Below are positions 34,991-47,842 of a DNA stretch of 64,000 nt, in pieces. This DNA is from Azolla caroliniana (Eukaryota > Plantae > Polypodiophyta): NCBI GenBank assembly GCA_043228905.1, contig JBHGNT010000001.1:24428001-24492000 (forward strand). The letters run 5' to 3'. The translations under genes and the position numbers were made by a program. Each line of letters begins with the position of its first letter. Position 1 is the first letter of the stretch. The notes beneath the pieces are model-generated. The model saw only the letters and a program-made list of their open reading frames with translations, had not been told where the DNA came from and did no database searches.

Positions 34991-37900
34991 TCACTCCGGC
35001 ATGGGGTGTCTTACTAGTTTGATTCTCTTCCGGCATGCATCCATCTTGTCAGGTATCAGCACTTTGGTCAGCATATCTGACCCGTTCTCGGTCGTGTGGA
35101 TCTTCGTCAGTGCGAACTCCTTGTCATCCACTCTTTCCCGGATCCAGTGATATCTTCGTTGGATATGCTTCGTCCGGGAATGATAGGCCGCATTCTTAGC
35201 AAGGTGGATGGCACTTTCACTGTCGCAATAGAGCCAGTATTCCTCTTGCCGGATGCCGAGCTCTCCGATGAAGTCCTTCATCCATAATATTTCCTTGCCG
35301 GCTTCCACAACCGCCATGTACGCAATAATATTTCCTCCGTTGTTGACAACCCAACCGTCTTCTGCAGCCTCGACTGCCACGAAACAGCTCCCCCTGCATA
35401 TGTCATTACATACCCAGATGTGGACCGGCTGGTATGCACATCAGCCGACATGTCCGAATCGGTGAAACCATCAAGTTGAGGTTTTTCGGAGCCGAATCGG
35501 AGACACATATTCGAAGTGCCCTTCAAATACCAGAGTATCCATTTGACCGCGTTCCAATGCTCCTTGCCGGGATTGCTCATGAACCGGCTCACCACTCCGA
35601 CTGCGTATCCTATATCCGGTCGGGTACACACCATTGCGTACATTAAGCTCCCGACGGCAGAGGCATATGGAATCTTCATCATATCTGCCTTCTCTACTTT
35701 CGTCTTCGGGCTTTGCTTACTGGATAACTTGCAGTTTGCCGGAAGTGTCGATCCAACCGGTTTCGCATCTGACATGTTGAACCCGTGAAGCACCTTTGTC
35801 ACGTACTTCTCCTGTGACAACCATAATTGCTTCGCTGACCGGTTCCAGATAATATGCATCCCCAACATCTGTCTTGCCGAACCCAAGTCTTTCACTGAGA
35901 AGGTCCGGTTGAGAGCCTTCTTCAGCATCCGTATTTTGACTTGGTCTCGTCCGACGATCAACATGTCGTCCACGTACAGAATGAGTATCAGGAAGTCGCC
36001 TCCTTCGAACTTCTCCACAAACACGCATTGATCGGCCTGCGTCTTGTGGTACCCTTGATCGGTCATGAAGGAGTCGAACTTCCGGTACCATTGACGGGGG
36101 GGCTGCTTCAACCCGCAGAGACTCTTCTTCAACCGGCATACCAGGTGCTCCTTCCCTTTCTCCACGAATCCCTCCGGTTGCTGCACGTAGATCTCCTCTT
36201 CGAGGTCGCCGTGAAGGAATGCCGTCTTCACGTCCAGCTGTTCTACCTCGAGGTCCATGCTTGCCGCTATACTCAGCACCATCCGGATGGAGGTCATCTT
36301 TACTACCGGGGCAAATATCTCATCGAAGTCCACGCCCTTCTTCTGCTGGAACCCCTTCACCACAATCCTGGCTTTGTATCTTGGGGGGTTGCCGGCATCT
36401 CCCGGTTTCAACTTGTACACCAACTTATTTTGGAGTGCCCGCTTTCCTTTCGGCAACTCCACCAATTCATACGTATGGTTCTCATGTAGGGAATCCATCT
36501 CATCCTGCATGGCACTTAACCATTTTCGGCTGTGGGTGTCATCCTTCGCTTCTTCGAAGCTTTCCGGCTCCCCCTCATCGGTCAGCAGCACATGCTCTGC
36601 ATCCGGAAATCTCCGGGGGGCCCTTCTCTCTCTAAGAGGATATCTCCGTCTTCGGGCTTCGGTGACCGGTTCCCCCATTTGCTCTTCATCCGAATCCGAT
36701 TCGGGGTCTTGGCCGGTTCCGGGCTCAGCTTCCTCTACTTCTTCTTCTGCCGGTTTGGTATCCTCACCGTAGCCGGTTGGTTCCTTGAGTGCTAACCGGT
36801 CTCTTGTCGATTGGGTATGCTCATCGTAGAGTCTATCCTTACTGGTCGACTCAGAGTTCATTATCTTCTTCTCCGACTCCCAGTCAGCGAGCGTCTTGTC
36901 CTCCATGAAGATAATATTTCGACTTCGGAATACCTTCTTGTCGACCAGGTCCCACACTCGGTAACCGAACTCATCGTCACCGTAACTGAGGAATATGCAT
37001 GGCCGGGTCTTTGGATCTAACTTTCCTCTCCGGTCCTTAGCTACATGCACGTACGCGAGACACCCGAACACCTTCAGATGTCGGTAGGACACTTCCTTAC
37101 CGGTCCATACTCTCTGTGGCATGTCTTCGTCCAAGGGTACTGAGGGTGATCTGTTTATCACAAATGTCGCCATCGACAGTGCCTCAGCCCAAAACTTCTT
37201 GGGTAGTTTTGCATGCGCTAGCATACTCCGGACCCTCTCCATTATGGTCCGGTTCATCCTCTCGGCCAGTCCGTTTAGTTCCGGCGTCTTCGGCACAGTA
37301 AATTCGAGCCGGATTCCCTTCGAGCGACAGTACTCCTCGAACTGCCCCCGGTATTCACCTCCGTTATCTGCTCGAACCGCCTTCAGCTTCCGGCCGGTTT
37401 CTCTTTCCACTCTCGCGTGGAGCTCTTTGAAGACGGATAACACCTGATCCTTCGTCTTCAACGGTGTGGCCCACAGCTTCCGGCTGTGGTCATCTATGAA
37501 CGTCACGAAGTACTGCGCTCCGGCATGTGATTTCGTGTCTACTTGACACACATCAGTATGCACCAACTCCAGTGGTGCATTACGTCTCATCGGTGGCCTT
37601 GGTCGGAAGGAGGTCCGGTTCTGCTTACCGGCCAGACAATCAGTGCACGTTCTTCACTAGAATGAGGTTGTCGTCTGCAAGCCTCTTCATCCCCTTCTCG
37701 CTCATATGACACAACCTCTTGTGCCACAGCTCACCGGCAGTGTCGGATGCCACGTTCACTTCCCCCAGACATAACCGGGCATTCATCAGGTACAGAGTGT
37801 TGACCTTCCGGGCCCGAGCCACAATCAGGCTCCCTTTGCTGAACTTCATGACACCGTTCCGGATGCTACCCGAGTAGCCTTCATCATCTAGCCGACCGGC

Positions 37901-39032
37901 TGATATCAGGTTCAGTCGAACCTCCGGAATGTGTCAGACATCCTTCAGCAACAGCTTGCATCCGGTTGGTGTTGTCAGCCACACTTCTCCTATGCCGACA
38001 ATTCGGCATGTACCTTCATTCCCCATCCGGACACAGCCGTGATCACCTGCTGAGTAGGATGAGAAGCATTTCCGGTCCGGGGTAAGGTGGAACGACGCTC
38101 CAGAGTCTACCACCCAGGTCATCTCGTCGCCGGCAAGGTTTATCTCACTCTCCTCGGTGATGAGCATCAACTCCTCTTCACTTGCCGCGATTGCCGTCGT
38201 TCCCTTCCGGTCCGGCCCCCTCCGGTCTTTACTGTTCTGGTCCGGTGTCCGCTTCGAATCGGTACCGTCGGTTTCCTTATCTTTCCGGAAATGCCGACAG
38301 TTCTTCTGGAAGTGTCCCGACTTGCCGCAATAGAAGCAAGTAGGCATCCCCCTTGACTTTGACCGTGTCCCCAACTTTTCCCGGTTCTGGGGACTACGGT
38401 TTCTTTGTCTTCCGCATTCCAATTCGGTAAGGAGCGCTTTGGAGTCGGAGCTCGTATCTCTATCTTTCCGACGCGCCTCCTCATCTAGCAAGGTCGACTT
38501 TACTCTCGCTAGGGATAACCGTTTTCCTTCCGGCCCGGTGTTGCCCAAAGTGACAACCAACGTCTCCTAGCTATCCGGGAGGGAACCGAGCAGGAGTAGC
38601 GCTAGTACCTCATCGGCGAGAGGTACTTCCAATGAAGTTGCCTGGTGGATCAGCCCCTGGAAGGCATTCATGTGCTCTGCCATGCTGGAGCCATCTTGGT
38701 ACCAGAGTCTTACTAGCTTCCGGAATACCGAAACCTGATTAACAGCATTTTTGTTTTGGAACATTATGCCGATCTTCTCCCATAGCTCATGAGGCTTGCT
38801 CTCTTCATTGAAGTTGTTGTATAGGCTCATGTCGATGAAGCACCGTATGTACGCCGTTGTCTTCATGTGCATCACCTCCCATATCGCGGCGTCGATTTTG
38901 TCCGGGTCTCTTGTCCCCGAATTGATCCGGCAGCCAGAGGTCTTTAACCACGAGCATGTCCCTCATCTTCGACTTCCACACTGAGTAGTTGGAGCCGGTG
39001 AGCTTGAACATGCCGCCAAATGATTCGTCCAT
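34991..39032 (-). pseudogene. Copia gag-pol polyprotein (stops and frameshifts)
   Basis: MFKLTGSNYSVWK, CFYCGKSGHFQKNC, WVVDSGASFH, LWHKRLCHMS, LVHTDVC, RADNGGEY, YVDDMLI, RTKHIQRRYHWIRE. Confidence 0.95.
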
Positions 39033-39513
39033 TTTCTATGTCGTTTCGCTCTGATACCACTTGACGGGAACTCAACGCTCCTTATGCGCAATGCTCGGCC
39101 ACAACCGAGCTTAAAATCATACACAGAAAACAGGAAGTGAAACGCACGACACAAAGAGGAGAAGAGTGCACAGGATGTTTACGTGGAAAACCCAAGGAGG
39201 GAAAAACCACGGCAGCCCACAGGTTGCAAACTATCACTATGCTAGAATGTACAACAATGAGTTCACGAAGGCAACGACCTCGTGCTCACGATCCTCGCCA
39301 CAGGCGGCGGTTACAATCAGAGGCAACGACCTCTTCCTCTCTCTCTTACTCTCTGTACACTGTTACGCACTCTGATCTCGCGTAGACAAGAATAACAACA
39401 ACAGCAGTAACTAAAAGTTTGCCCTAAGTCATATTTATACTAATATAACTTTTCAGCTATTTACAAATATAGCCACGATGGACTCTCAGAAACATATTTA
39501 CGAATATGTCTCT

Positions 39514-39837
39514 TCATCCAGTTCTCACCGGGTCTACAACATCCGGCTCTTCGTAGCCAGGTACTCCTCATCTGGTTCTCACCGAGTCTGCAACATCCGG
39601 CTCTCCATAGTCAGGTACTCCTCATCTGGTTCTCACCGGGTCTGCAATATCCGGCTCTCTGTAGCCGGGTAATCCTCATCCGATTCTCACCGGGTCTGCA
39701 CCATCCGGCTCTCCGTAGCCAGGTACTCCTCATCCGGTTCTCATCGAGTCTGCACCATCCGGCTCTCCGTAGCCGGATACTCCTCATCCGGTTCTCATCG
39801 GGTCTGCACCATCCGGCTCTCCGTAGCCGGGTACTCC
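39514..39837. repeat. 54-bp tandem array, 6 units, in U3 of the 5' LTR
   Basis: Same unit; accounts for the 54-bp LTR length difference. Confidence 0.95.
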
Positions 39838-42800
39838 TCATTCGGTTTCGGCCTCGGCCGAGTTTGTTCATCGGCACTGTTCTTCTCCCTTCCCATCCGG
39901 AGGGACCTGTCTCCCAACATGTCAGTCCTTTTAAGGAGTTGTATAAAAAGTGTTCTGTAGGACGTTTGTATGTACAGAGTGTTATTATTTTTTAATTAAG
40001 TTAATGCTATTCTGCTCTCTCTGTCTCTCCCGCGTACTATGTATTCTTAAGCTTCCATTAAACCTTCGTTTCTGTTCTACTGTTGTTATCTGGCTGAGCC
40101 GGTTTATCTAAGCTTCCGCACATTATCTTTTACAAGGTAGCATGGAGACATCACTAATACGAGAAGATAAAAAAGGGAGCCACGAACTCGACTAGTGCTA
40201 AACACTAATCATGGGGTGATAGAGCACGATACTTCGAGCAGCAAAGCACAAAATGGCAAGGAAAAAAGGAAGGACGATGGATAAAAGAAGTATTAACTAC
40301 TAAAGAACTCCAGAGGGAGATGAGTTTGGATAAACTAATTCCTTTTCACATTTGCAAAATAGAGCCATTGTCCATAATGCACGAGTACTTCAATTCTCAA
40401 GACCAATAATAAACTAGAAGGAAAACAAGAGGAGATGAGTAGAGGCAATCAAAAGGCCTAGGATAAGCTAAAAAGGAATATGAAGGGTGAAGGGATGGTG
40501 CATGTCTCCTTTTCACCAAGCAATGATGATGTGGCCACCCTCAATGAATGGCAAGTTTAAGAGGTTTTAACTAGTATTTTTGTTAGAGCGTCAAAAGGAA
40601 GAAATAATCAAGACGAAATGAGGTAGATTGAAATAGTTGAAGAGATAGAGAATTGAGAAGGTAATGTAGGTAGAGTAACGTTATTAAGAGTAAAAATATA
40701 ATTCAAACTAGACACAACTCTAGTGTTGAACCATAGTTCTTCATCTTGATAGTGCTCTTGGCACTTGGCACACATGAGTACGCATGGAATGAATGCAAAT
40801 CATATGTCTTCTCATGAGTTAGCATGTGCACATAATATAGGACATAATTATGATCATGGCTATAACATAACTTATCATATGAATAACCTAATGGTTTGAA
40901 CTTGCTACATGCTCCACAACATCATGGGTTTGAGTGTCCATGGGTGTGTCATGGGTTTGAAATGCCCTTGAATAAGAGGGCACACCCATGTGTGCTAGAT
41001 GTAACACATGTTTTGAAGGAAATAATATGCTTCATATCAAATTTGTAATATGTCTATGTGTTTGGAAAACATTTAATAACATAGAGGTTGTGCATTATTA
41101 GATGCCAAGAATCAAGCCAAAAAAAAAGAAAATAGATCCGTACGATTGGTCATGTGAAATTTGAGATAGTTTCTTTTCAAATAAATATAAAGATAACATT
41201 TCAATTGGTATTGGCATATGTCCACATAGCTCATCTATGAGTGCATTTATGGTCTAAATTTGTCGGTTTAGGACAAACCTACCCCTATATTTAAGTGACG
41301 GTTTCTAATTATCGAAATCAAATACCTAAATAAGCAAATTTGGTTAAGAATAAATGAATGATGTTGAAACGATCTAGCATAGTGATAAGTTTTGTTTGAT
41401 TAGCCAAAATGAAGAGTATCAATGACAATAGTACAAAGTGTTGTCACATTTTCTTACTTCAATACTAATATCTTTAGATTTTTGTTTGATATTTCCTATG
41501 CCATTTAATAGTCCATTTTAAAATGTCTAACTCCCCTAGTTCGAGAGGTTAGTAACACAAAGTGTTTTAAATTTAAACGATTATATTGTTGGTTTCATAC
41601 CCAAATATAACAAAATGCTAGATTGGTGAACCCAATGTATATTATGCAACTTCTATACCTATTTAGTATTTACCCCAAAGCAAATACACACAAGGCATTC
41701 ATATTAGGAAATGTATAGTGTGGAATGGACTCTAACCCAATAGTTGTAAGAATTGGAGATCAAGGGTGTTGAGACTTGCAATCAATCAATATCCAAATGA
41801 TAAGCAAAACTCATACTAGTGACCACTAAGATAATAGAACATGCACATAGATTATAAGCTCATGGATTGTAATAGCCTCAAGCCACATCTGTTGCATAGT
41901 TGGTATTTGTAGGCGAACACAATGAGGACATACAACAATCATATGCTCATTAAGTGCAACGGTAAACCAAATGTGTGGCTCATCATGAATCAAGATAACA
42001 CATGGGCAACCAACACTCTTTGGTAGGCAATGGACATGTGTAAACATAGAACTTGAGTTTGCTATGTATAAGATGGAAGAAATACACCATTAGGTCAAAT
42101 CCTCGTATCATATTTCATTTCAAGAAATTTTATCTTCGTGACTTCAAACATCAACACGTTTTTTATTCTTAAATGTCACATCTAATTCTCCGCGGATAAT
42201 CATACACTAAGTTTCAAGTCTTGTGGCATAAAAGGTGCAACATATAAGATGCCCTTATTCTTCTTTACTTTATAAAATCACACCATGAAATTGCCACAAC
42301 TAATCAAGTTCCTTCTTATTTAATCATGGTCAAATCATACATAAACTTGAATTTAGTGAGGAGTTAATTAAGGCTAGAGTAGTTGTTGGATGTTCTATGA
42401 TTGACATAAGTTTGGATGGTTACATATTGAACATAGAAATAGGGTTTTTTTATATATAAAGGGCACACTACCTTGGGGTAATTATCTCTCTTACGTTTTT
42501 ATTACTCATTCTAATATGTGTATTAGTGTCTCTATCTTTATGAGTGGAATCTAGATGTCATTCACCATAGTATGTCTAGCATGCATTCATGCCTCTAACC
42601 ATGATATTTAAGTTAGGTGGCTCAAGCCATTCACATGTTTTTTGTATAAATTGCATGATTAAGAGAGAGTTAGGGTTAGCATAATAGTAAGAGGCAAAGT
42701 TTCACCTTAAATGTTCACAATAGCTACTTTTTCCAACTACCTTTGATACTCATTGCCCAATATGGCATTTGTGGACACTAAATAATTTTAACCCTAAACC

Positions 42801-43610
42801 GTACCAGTGAATGAAAAATGAGCTAGTATCTGATCCTTTCACTAAGATTTTACTACCAGGTGAGAGTCTCGACTCTCTATTACAAAGAGTGCAAGTAAAT
42901 GAATTTCAAACATTGTAAATGCCTTCGTATTTGGATGTGTACTTCCACAAAGTCGTTATGCCTTAGAAGAGGGGGTCAGATAAGATGGAGCACTCTAGTG
43001 ATGCACCATTAATGAGCTGCTTGATCTTTTGATATGATTAAATAACTCATCAATGGAAGAATGAAGCATGATTTACCTCATTTTCTTGCATGATTGACAT
43101 TCCATGTAGTGTGCACTTCATTTTTCATCTATTGTTTTTTGCTTTTATGTGAGTAATAAGTATGCAATAGATATGGTTAAGGAAAAAGTTTTGAGGCTAC
43201 CTATTCAAGTTTGTTGTGCTAGATTGAACTTAAAATGACGAGCATGCTTTCCATGAAATCCTTGTTAGTGTTTTGTCTGTTCCCATGTTGTACTTTTGTT
43301 GCCCTTGTTTCATTCATCTCAAAACCCCTTCTTCATCGCATGCACAAGAGACTTGTGTGATATAGTGAATTGATTTTCAATTAATACATTAACAAATAAC
43401 AAAGGATCGTTTAGACACAAAATGAATTATGTAAACCTACCACAGAGACACTTCGGCATTTTTTGATGAATTGGCTATAGTTGAAGATTGCATAGTCTTT
43501 AAATGGGAACATACTGTAATTTAGCTCCTTTAAACCCGTGGAGATAAATTGGTAGGAAGACAATTAGAAACAATTTTTCATGCCACAATAAAGCTAGTCT
43601 ACATGTTGTT

Positions 43611-44438
43611 CCACTTGCTCCTATGACTCATGAAGTAAAAGCACAATGTGTGAATGAATAATACATTCAGAGTTGGAGATAACAAAAACAAAGGTTGTCT
43701 TTAGTAGAATTGTTCAATTGTAACTTGGTTGTGAACAAAGACATTCAAGTGGAAGACAAAAAAAAAAGACAATTGTCTCAAACGGGTTTTCAATATTCTA
43801 ATTGGCCATTGCTTTGACAATGGCAGGTAGATGTTAAGTTTTAAAACTATTTCTTTAGTCTATATATCTCCTTATGATTGATGATAATGGGAAGAAAATC
43901 CCCAAGGTTTTATTATTTACTCAACAATATGCACGTAGAATGATGGCCAAACTCCCTAAACTTAGTCGTGCATTTGATCTATGCTAAAAGGTATGTAGGT
44001 TAACGTTTCAAAATATCCCACTCTCTCTTATGGCTCACGAAGTAAAAGATAGCATGACACGTGAACAATGACATTCCTAGAGACAACAAAAAGAAAAGAT
44101 TGTCTTTGATGGAGTTTTTAAATTGTAGCTTGGTCATGAATGAAGACATTCATGTAGAAGACAATAAAATGCGACAATTGTCTCAAATGGGGTTTTGTAT
44201 TCTAATTGATCACTACTTTGACAGTGGTCTCATGATGCTAAGTTTTAAAGTTCTTATTTTCTCCTTTTCTCTCTCTATATCTCTATTCTAATTGATCACT
44301 ACTTTGACAGGGGTCTTGGACGAAAATTCCTAAGGTTTTTATCATTTAATCAAGAGTCAGAAATATACCTACTATTTCTACCAAATATTGACTAATGCCT
44401 CTAAATTTAGTCGTATATTTGATGTATACTAAAAGGTC
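43611..44438. repeat. Old tandem duplication, 2 x ~410 bp, with internal subrepeats
   Basis: Shared blocks such as tgaagtaaaag/cgaagtaaaag, gacaattgtctcaaa, tattctaattg, ttagtcgt...ctaaaaggt at ~43611-43995 and ~44018-44438. Confidence 0.75.
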
Positions 44439-45867
44439 AATATTTTGCACACAATCTTTGTGGGGTCCTTACACAACCAATCTCCATTCCTATAACCAAT
44501 GATTATAAACCTCGAAAATCTCAAAATACACAAGGGCATAAAACATCTACCTATTTATTTATCACTTATTTAATCGTTATCAAGACAATTAGAAAAAGGA
44601 AATGACAATATTAGTGACCACGGATGACCACTAGTCTGAACAAGCTTGGATCACCATTTTACAATGATGTTACTTTAATCGAGCCATTGGACAAAAATAA
44701 TAATTTAAGAGAACATTATCAAAAGATTTAGATATTCTAGGAAAAGGCATTTATGGTTTGATTATGTTCCATAACTTCAGCTTGCTTGATGATTGATCAT
44801 TTCCACAAACACAAACAGGCTTTAACAAATTCAACTTGCAACTTCAAGCATCATAGTTAGGTGAACATATAAGTAAGCTTTTGCATTGGCTATGTCTAGG
44901 TGCCTACGTCAAGATTTTCTACCTTCTTTTCCCTTCGATAAGAAGTTGTCAACACGTCTTGCTTTCTAGCAAATAAACACGTCTTGCTAAAGTGCATCAT
45001 TGAAATGTGGAAGTTAGTATTTATCATAAACATTTCAAAAAACAAGAAGTTACATGCTAAACAACATGTGAGTGTGGCAATAACCTTAACATCTTAGGTT
45101 CATGCCTACATTAGCATGTTTGAGAAACACATGCACTAGAGTCTACAATGGTGATGACTACGCTAATTACACACAAATTCTCTAGAGAATCTTCAAACTC
45201 TTTCCTTTACATGATTATAAACACATCCTTTAGAGAATGTCCAGACTTTTATCTCTACATCATTGTGATTACATGCGTGCATGCGCATGCACGCACACAC
45301 ACATGCTCAAATATTTAATCTGTATGTGCATGTTTCTCACTGAACACTAAGATTATGAGAACATTCGATCAGTTCCTATACATTGAGAATACACCCAACA
45401 CATATTTGTCCACAATGCAAACACAAAAACATTGAAAAGGAGCCAATGATCTACAAAGAGTAGAGTTTTGTTGATTCTAAAGGGAGAACCCACATGATTT
45501 ATTATCATGATAGAAGAATCAAGCCCCCAAGCTTCTCTAGGTCTCTGTCTCTCTCTTCCCTACATGTATACATGCACACCCAAACATATGATCATTGAAA
45601 ATTCACAAAGGCACATGTTTTTCTTCTTCTAGTGATTATTTATTGTCTTATAGGTCCAACAAGAAAAGGAGGAGGCACCACCAGCAACACGAGTGACTAG
45701 AGAGTGAGTGATAAGAACATGTAGACACACCATCTGTCTTCTTCTTGATCATAATGGGTCTTTGAAGGTAAGGTTGGAGCCTGAAAGTACAACCTTCTTA
45801 AATAAGTTTCTCATGTCTCATGTCCCCTTCCTCATTTCCCTTCTTCTTCTTTATCACTTTTTTTTTC

Positions 45868-46760
45868 ACTCTCTCTCTCTCTCTCTCTCTCTCACGCACA
45901 CACACACGCACGCACACACGCACGCACACACACACTCTCATTCTCTCTTGATATAAGCAACGGATGAAATGATCACACGAGCACATGCACACACACACAC
46001 ACACACACTTGCAAGAGTGCATGTGTGCACGCACACACAAATTCAACGAATTCCTCCCCTTTCAGTGGTCACCACTATCATCTAAATTCGAGGGAACCCA
46101 AATGCTTTGATCTACATCAAAGACCCATCCCTTGGTTTCTTGACTTCATGTTTCATAGTGTATCTATTTATATCACTTTGCCTAGACTATCCTATTGTAA
46201 CTCAGATACCTTGATCGTTAATCTTTCCCTTTTCGTTGTGTGTGTGTGTGAGAGAGAGTGCGTGTCTCTCTCCCTCTCTTTCTTTCTTTGTAATAGTCTT
46301 CTTGAGGGACCCCTCTATCATTACCAGGGTCCAGAACCACAATCTACACTTTCAATTGCAAATTGCAATGTTCATTCTTATTTGAACCTCAAGAGAGTCA
46401 CTAAACTCAACACATACAAACTACAAATGTGGAAATGTTTTTTACTTGTTGGGTCTTCCCATGCGTTGTTGTTGCCATATTGATTAGTGAGGACTATAAA
46501 AATAAGATTTGATTGCCTGGCCAACTTAAGGACTCATTCTTGGTATTCACTCTTTCTAAAAGGCTTCACACATTTACATACCCATCTCTCTCTCTCTGCA
46601 CATAAGTTACCCTGGGCGTCCATCCCTCGTGTGGAAGGAAGGAAGGAAGGGGATTGTGGGACAAAGGCCATGATACAACAAAAAAGCTGAAGGAAAAGAG
46701 AAAATGCAGGTTTTTGTGATGACACACACACACACTCTCTCTCTCTCTCTCTGTCCCTGT

Positions 46761-46800
<40 letters not shown>

Positions 46801-47070
46801 ACCTTGCCATAGCTTCTCTTTCTCTCTCCATTCCTTGCTTTTTGCGAGAAAAACCCATCGCCCTCTCTCTGTTCTTCCTCCTCCTGCACACCCACCTGTA
46901 TAAATTTTGTCTTTTCCATTGCCAACCCATCTCCCCCCCCCCCCCCTCTCTCTCTGTACTAATTTCCCTTCATGCTTATCTCTCTGTCTTTCTGTCTCAT
47001 TTAGCAATTGTAGCATCAATTCCTAAGGCTTCGGTTCTATTCTTCTTCTTCTTCTTCTTCTTCTTTATTA
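45868..47070. repeat. Cluster of (CT)n, (CA)n and (CTT)n microsatellites in the probable WNK promoter/5' UTR
   Basis: Runs at ~45868-45940, 45990-46008, 46722-46798 and 47040-47063. Confidence 0.85.
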
Positions 47071-47842
47071 CCTCTTAACTGGTTTACGGTTTGGATATTT
47101 GGGGGATTTCGGTTTCAGGATCCTTCTCACATTCATCCTTCCATCCCATAATCTATCCATCCCTGCATACATACACCATATCCATCTGACATTTGCTCAT
47201 TTTGTTTGTTGTGTTCTTGAGCAGCGAGTCATTGGGTCATCTTTTTGTGTGCGCGTGTGTATGATGATAACTGGCCATCTTGTGTGTGTATGTGATCGAT
47301 AATTGATCATTTTGTGTCGATTTATTGTTATCCATAAGTTGATATTTGGCCTATAAATGGTCCCTTTGGCGGTGATAGGTCGTTCTTTGGGCTGATAAGC
47401 GGATCCTTTTCTTTGGTGAGCGCTGAATAGTGATAAAATTCTGTGTGTGTATTGATGATCACTGGTCATTGAGCTGCGATTATGCACATAATTGTTTATG
47501 GCAGTGTGTACATGCAAATTCCTCTGAGATTTTTTTGGGGATGATGAGTAAGCAAACAGCTCCATTTTTGGAGATGCTAGTAGGCAGTCAAATTTTGGGG
47601 GAGCTGAGGATTGGTCATTTTTGGAGCAGATAAGTGGTCATTTGGTTGATAATTGATCAATTCGGGGGATTATCGGTGGCCAACATTGGAGATAAAGATG
47701 ATAATGAGACCATTTTTGGAGCTGATAGGTGGTCATCGGGCCTAAATTCATACATCAACACATATATATATATATATATGCACATGATTATCACTACTAA
47801 TTGGAGCTTAGAAGGATTTGGGGGTGTTTTTCTGAAGGCAGA

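Larger units (their letters stand above)
34177..39919 (-). mobile_element. Structurally complete Tnt1/Tork-like Copia with a few disabling mutations
   Basis: LTRs 34177-34980 (804 bp) and 39062-39919 (858 bp), TSD TGTCA on both sides, Met-i PBS tggtatcagagc, PPT gaagggggagtt. Confidence 0.97.
32220..40134 (+). mobile_element. Copia family X 3' half (RT, RH, extension) whose LTR (33912-34176 + 39925-40134) is split by the Tork-like Copia
   Basis: CRLKKSLYGLKQSP, YMDDL, YTDADWVGD, RTKHIEVHYHFVRE; LTR end matches that at 30134. Confidence 0.87.

Noticed and set aside
34560-35150. ORFs with 18-aa repeats (SSGSHRVCTIRLSVAGY), also at 20..481 and 39478..39672
   Set aside because: By-product of a 54-bp (multiple of 3) LTR array. 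It is antisense to the element and broken by a stop in the other LTR.
41700-43100. Possible relic hAT transposase (KCVAHH at ~41968, TTR*ESR at ~42852)
   Set aside because: Only short motif hints with wrong spacing and no ORF or TIRs; needs a profile search.
45708-47078. ORFs with ER/TH/SL/CV dipeptide runs
   Set aside because: Translations of microsatellites.
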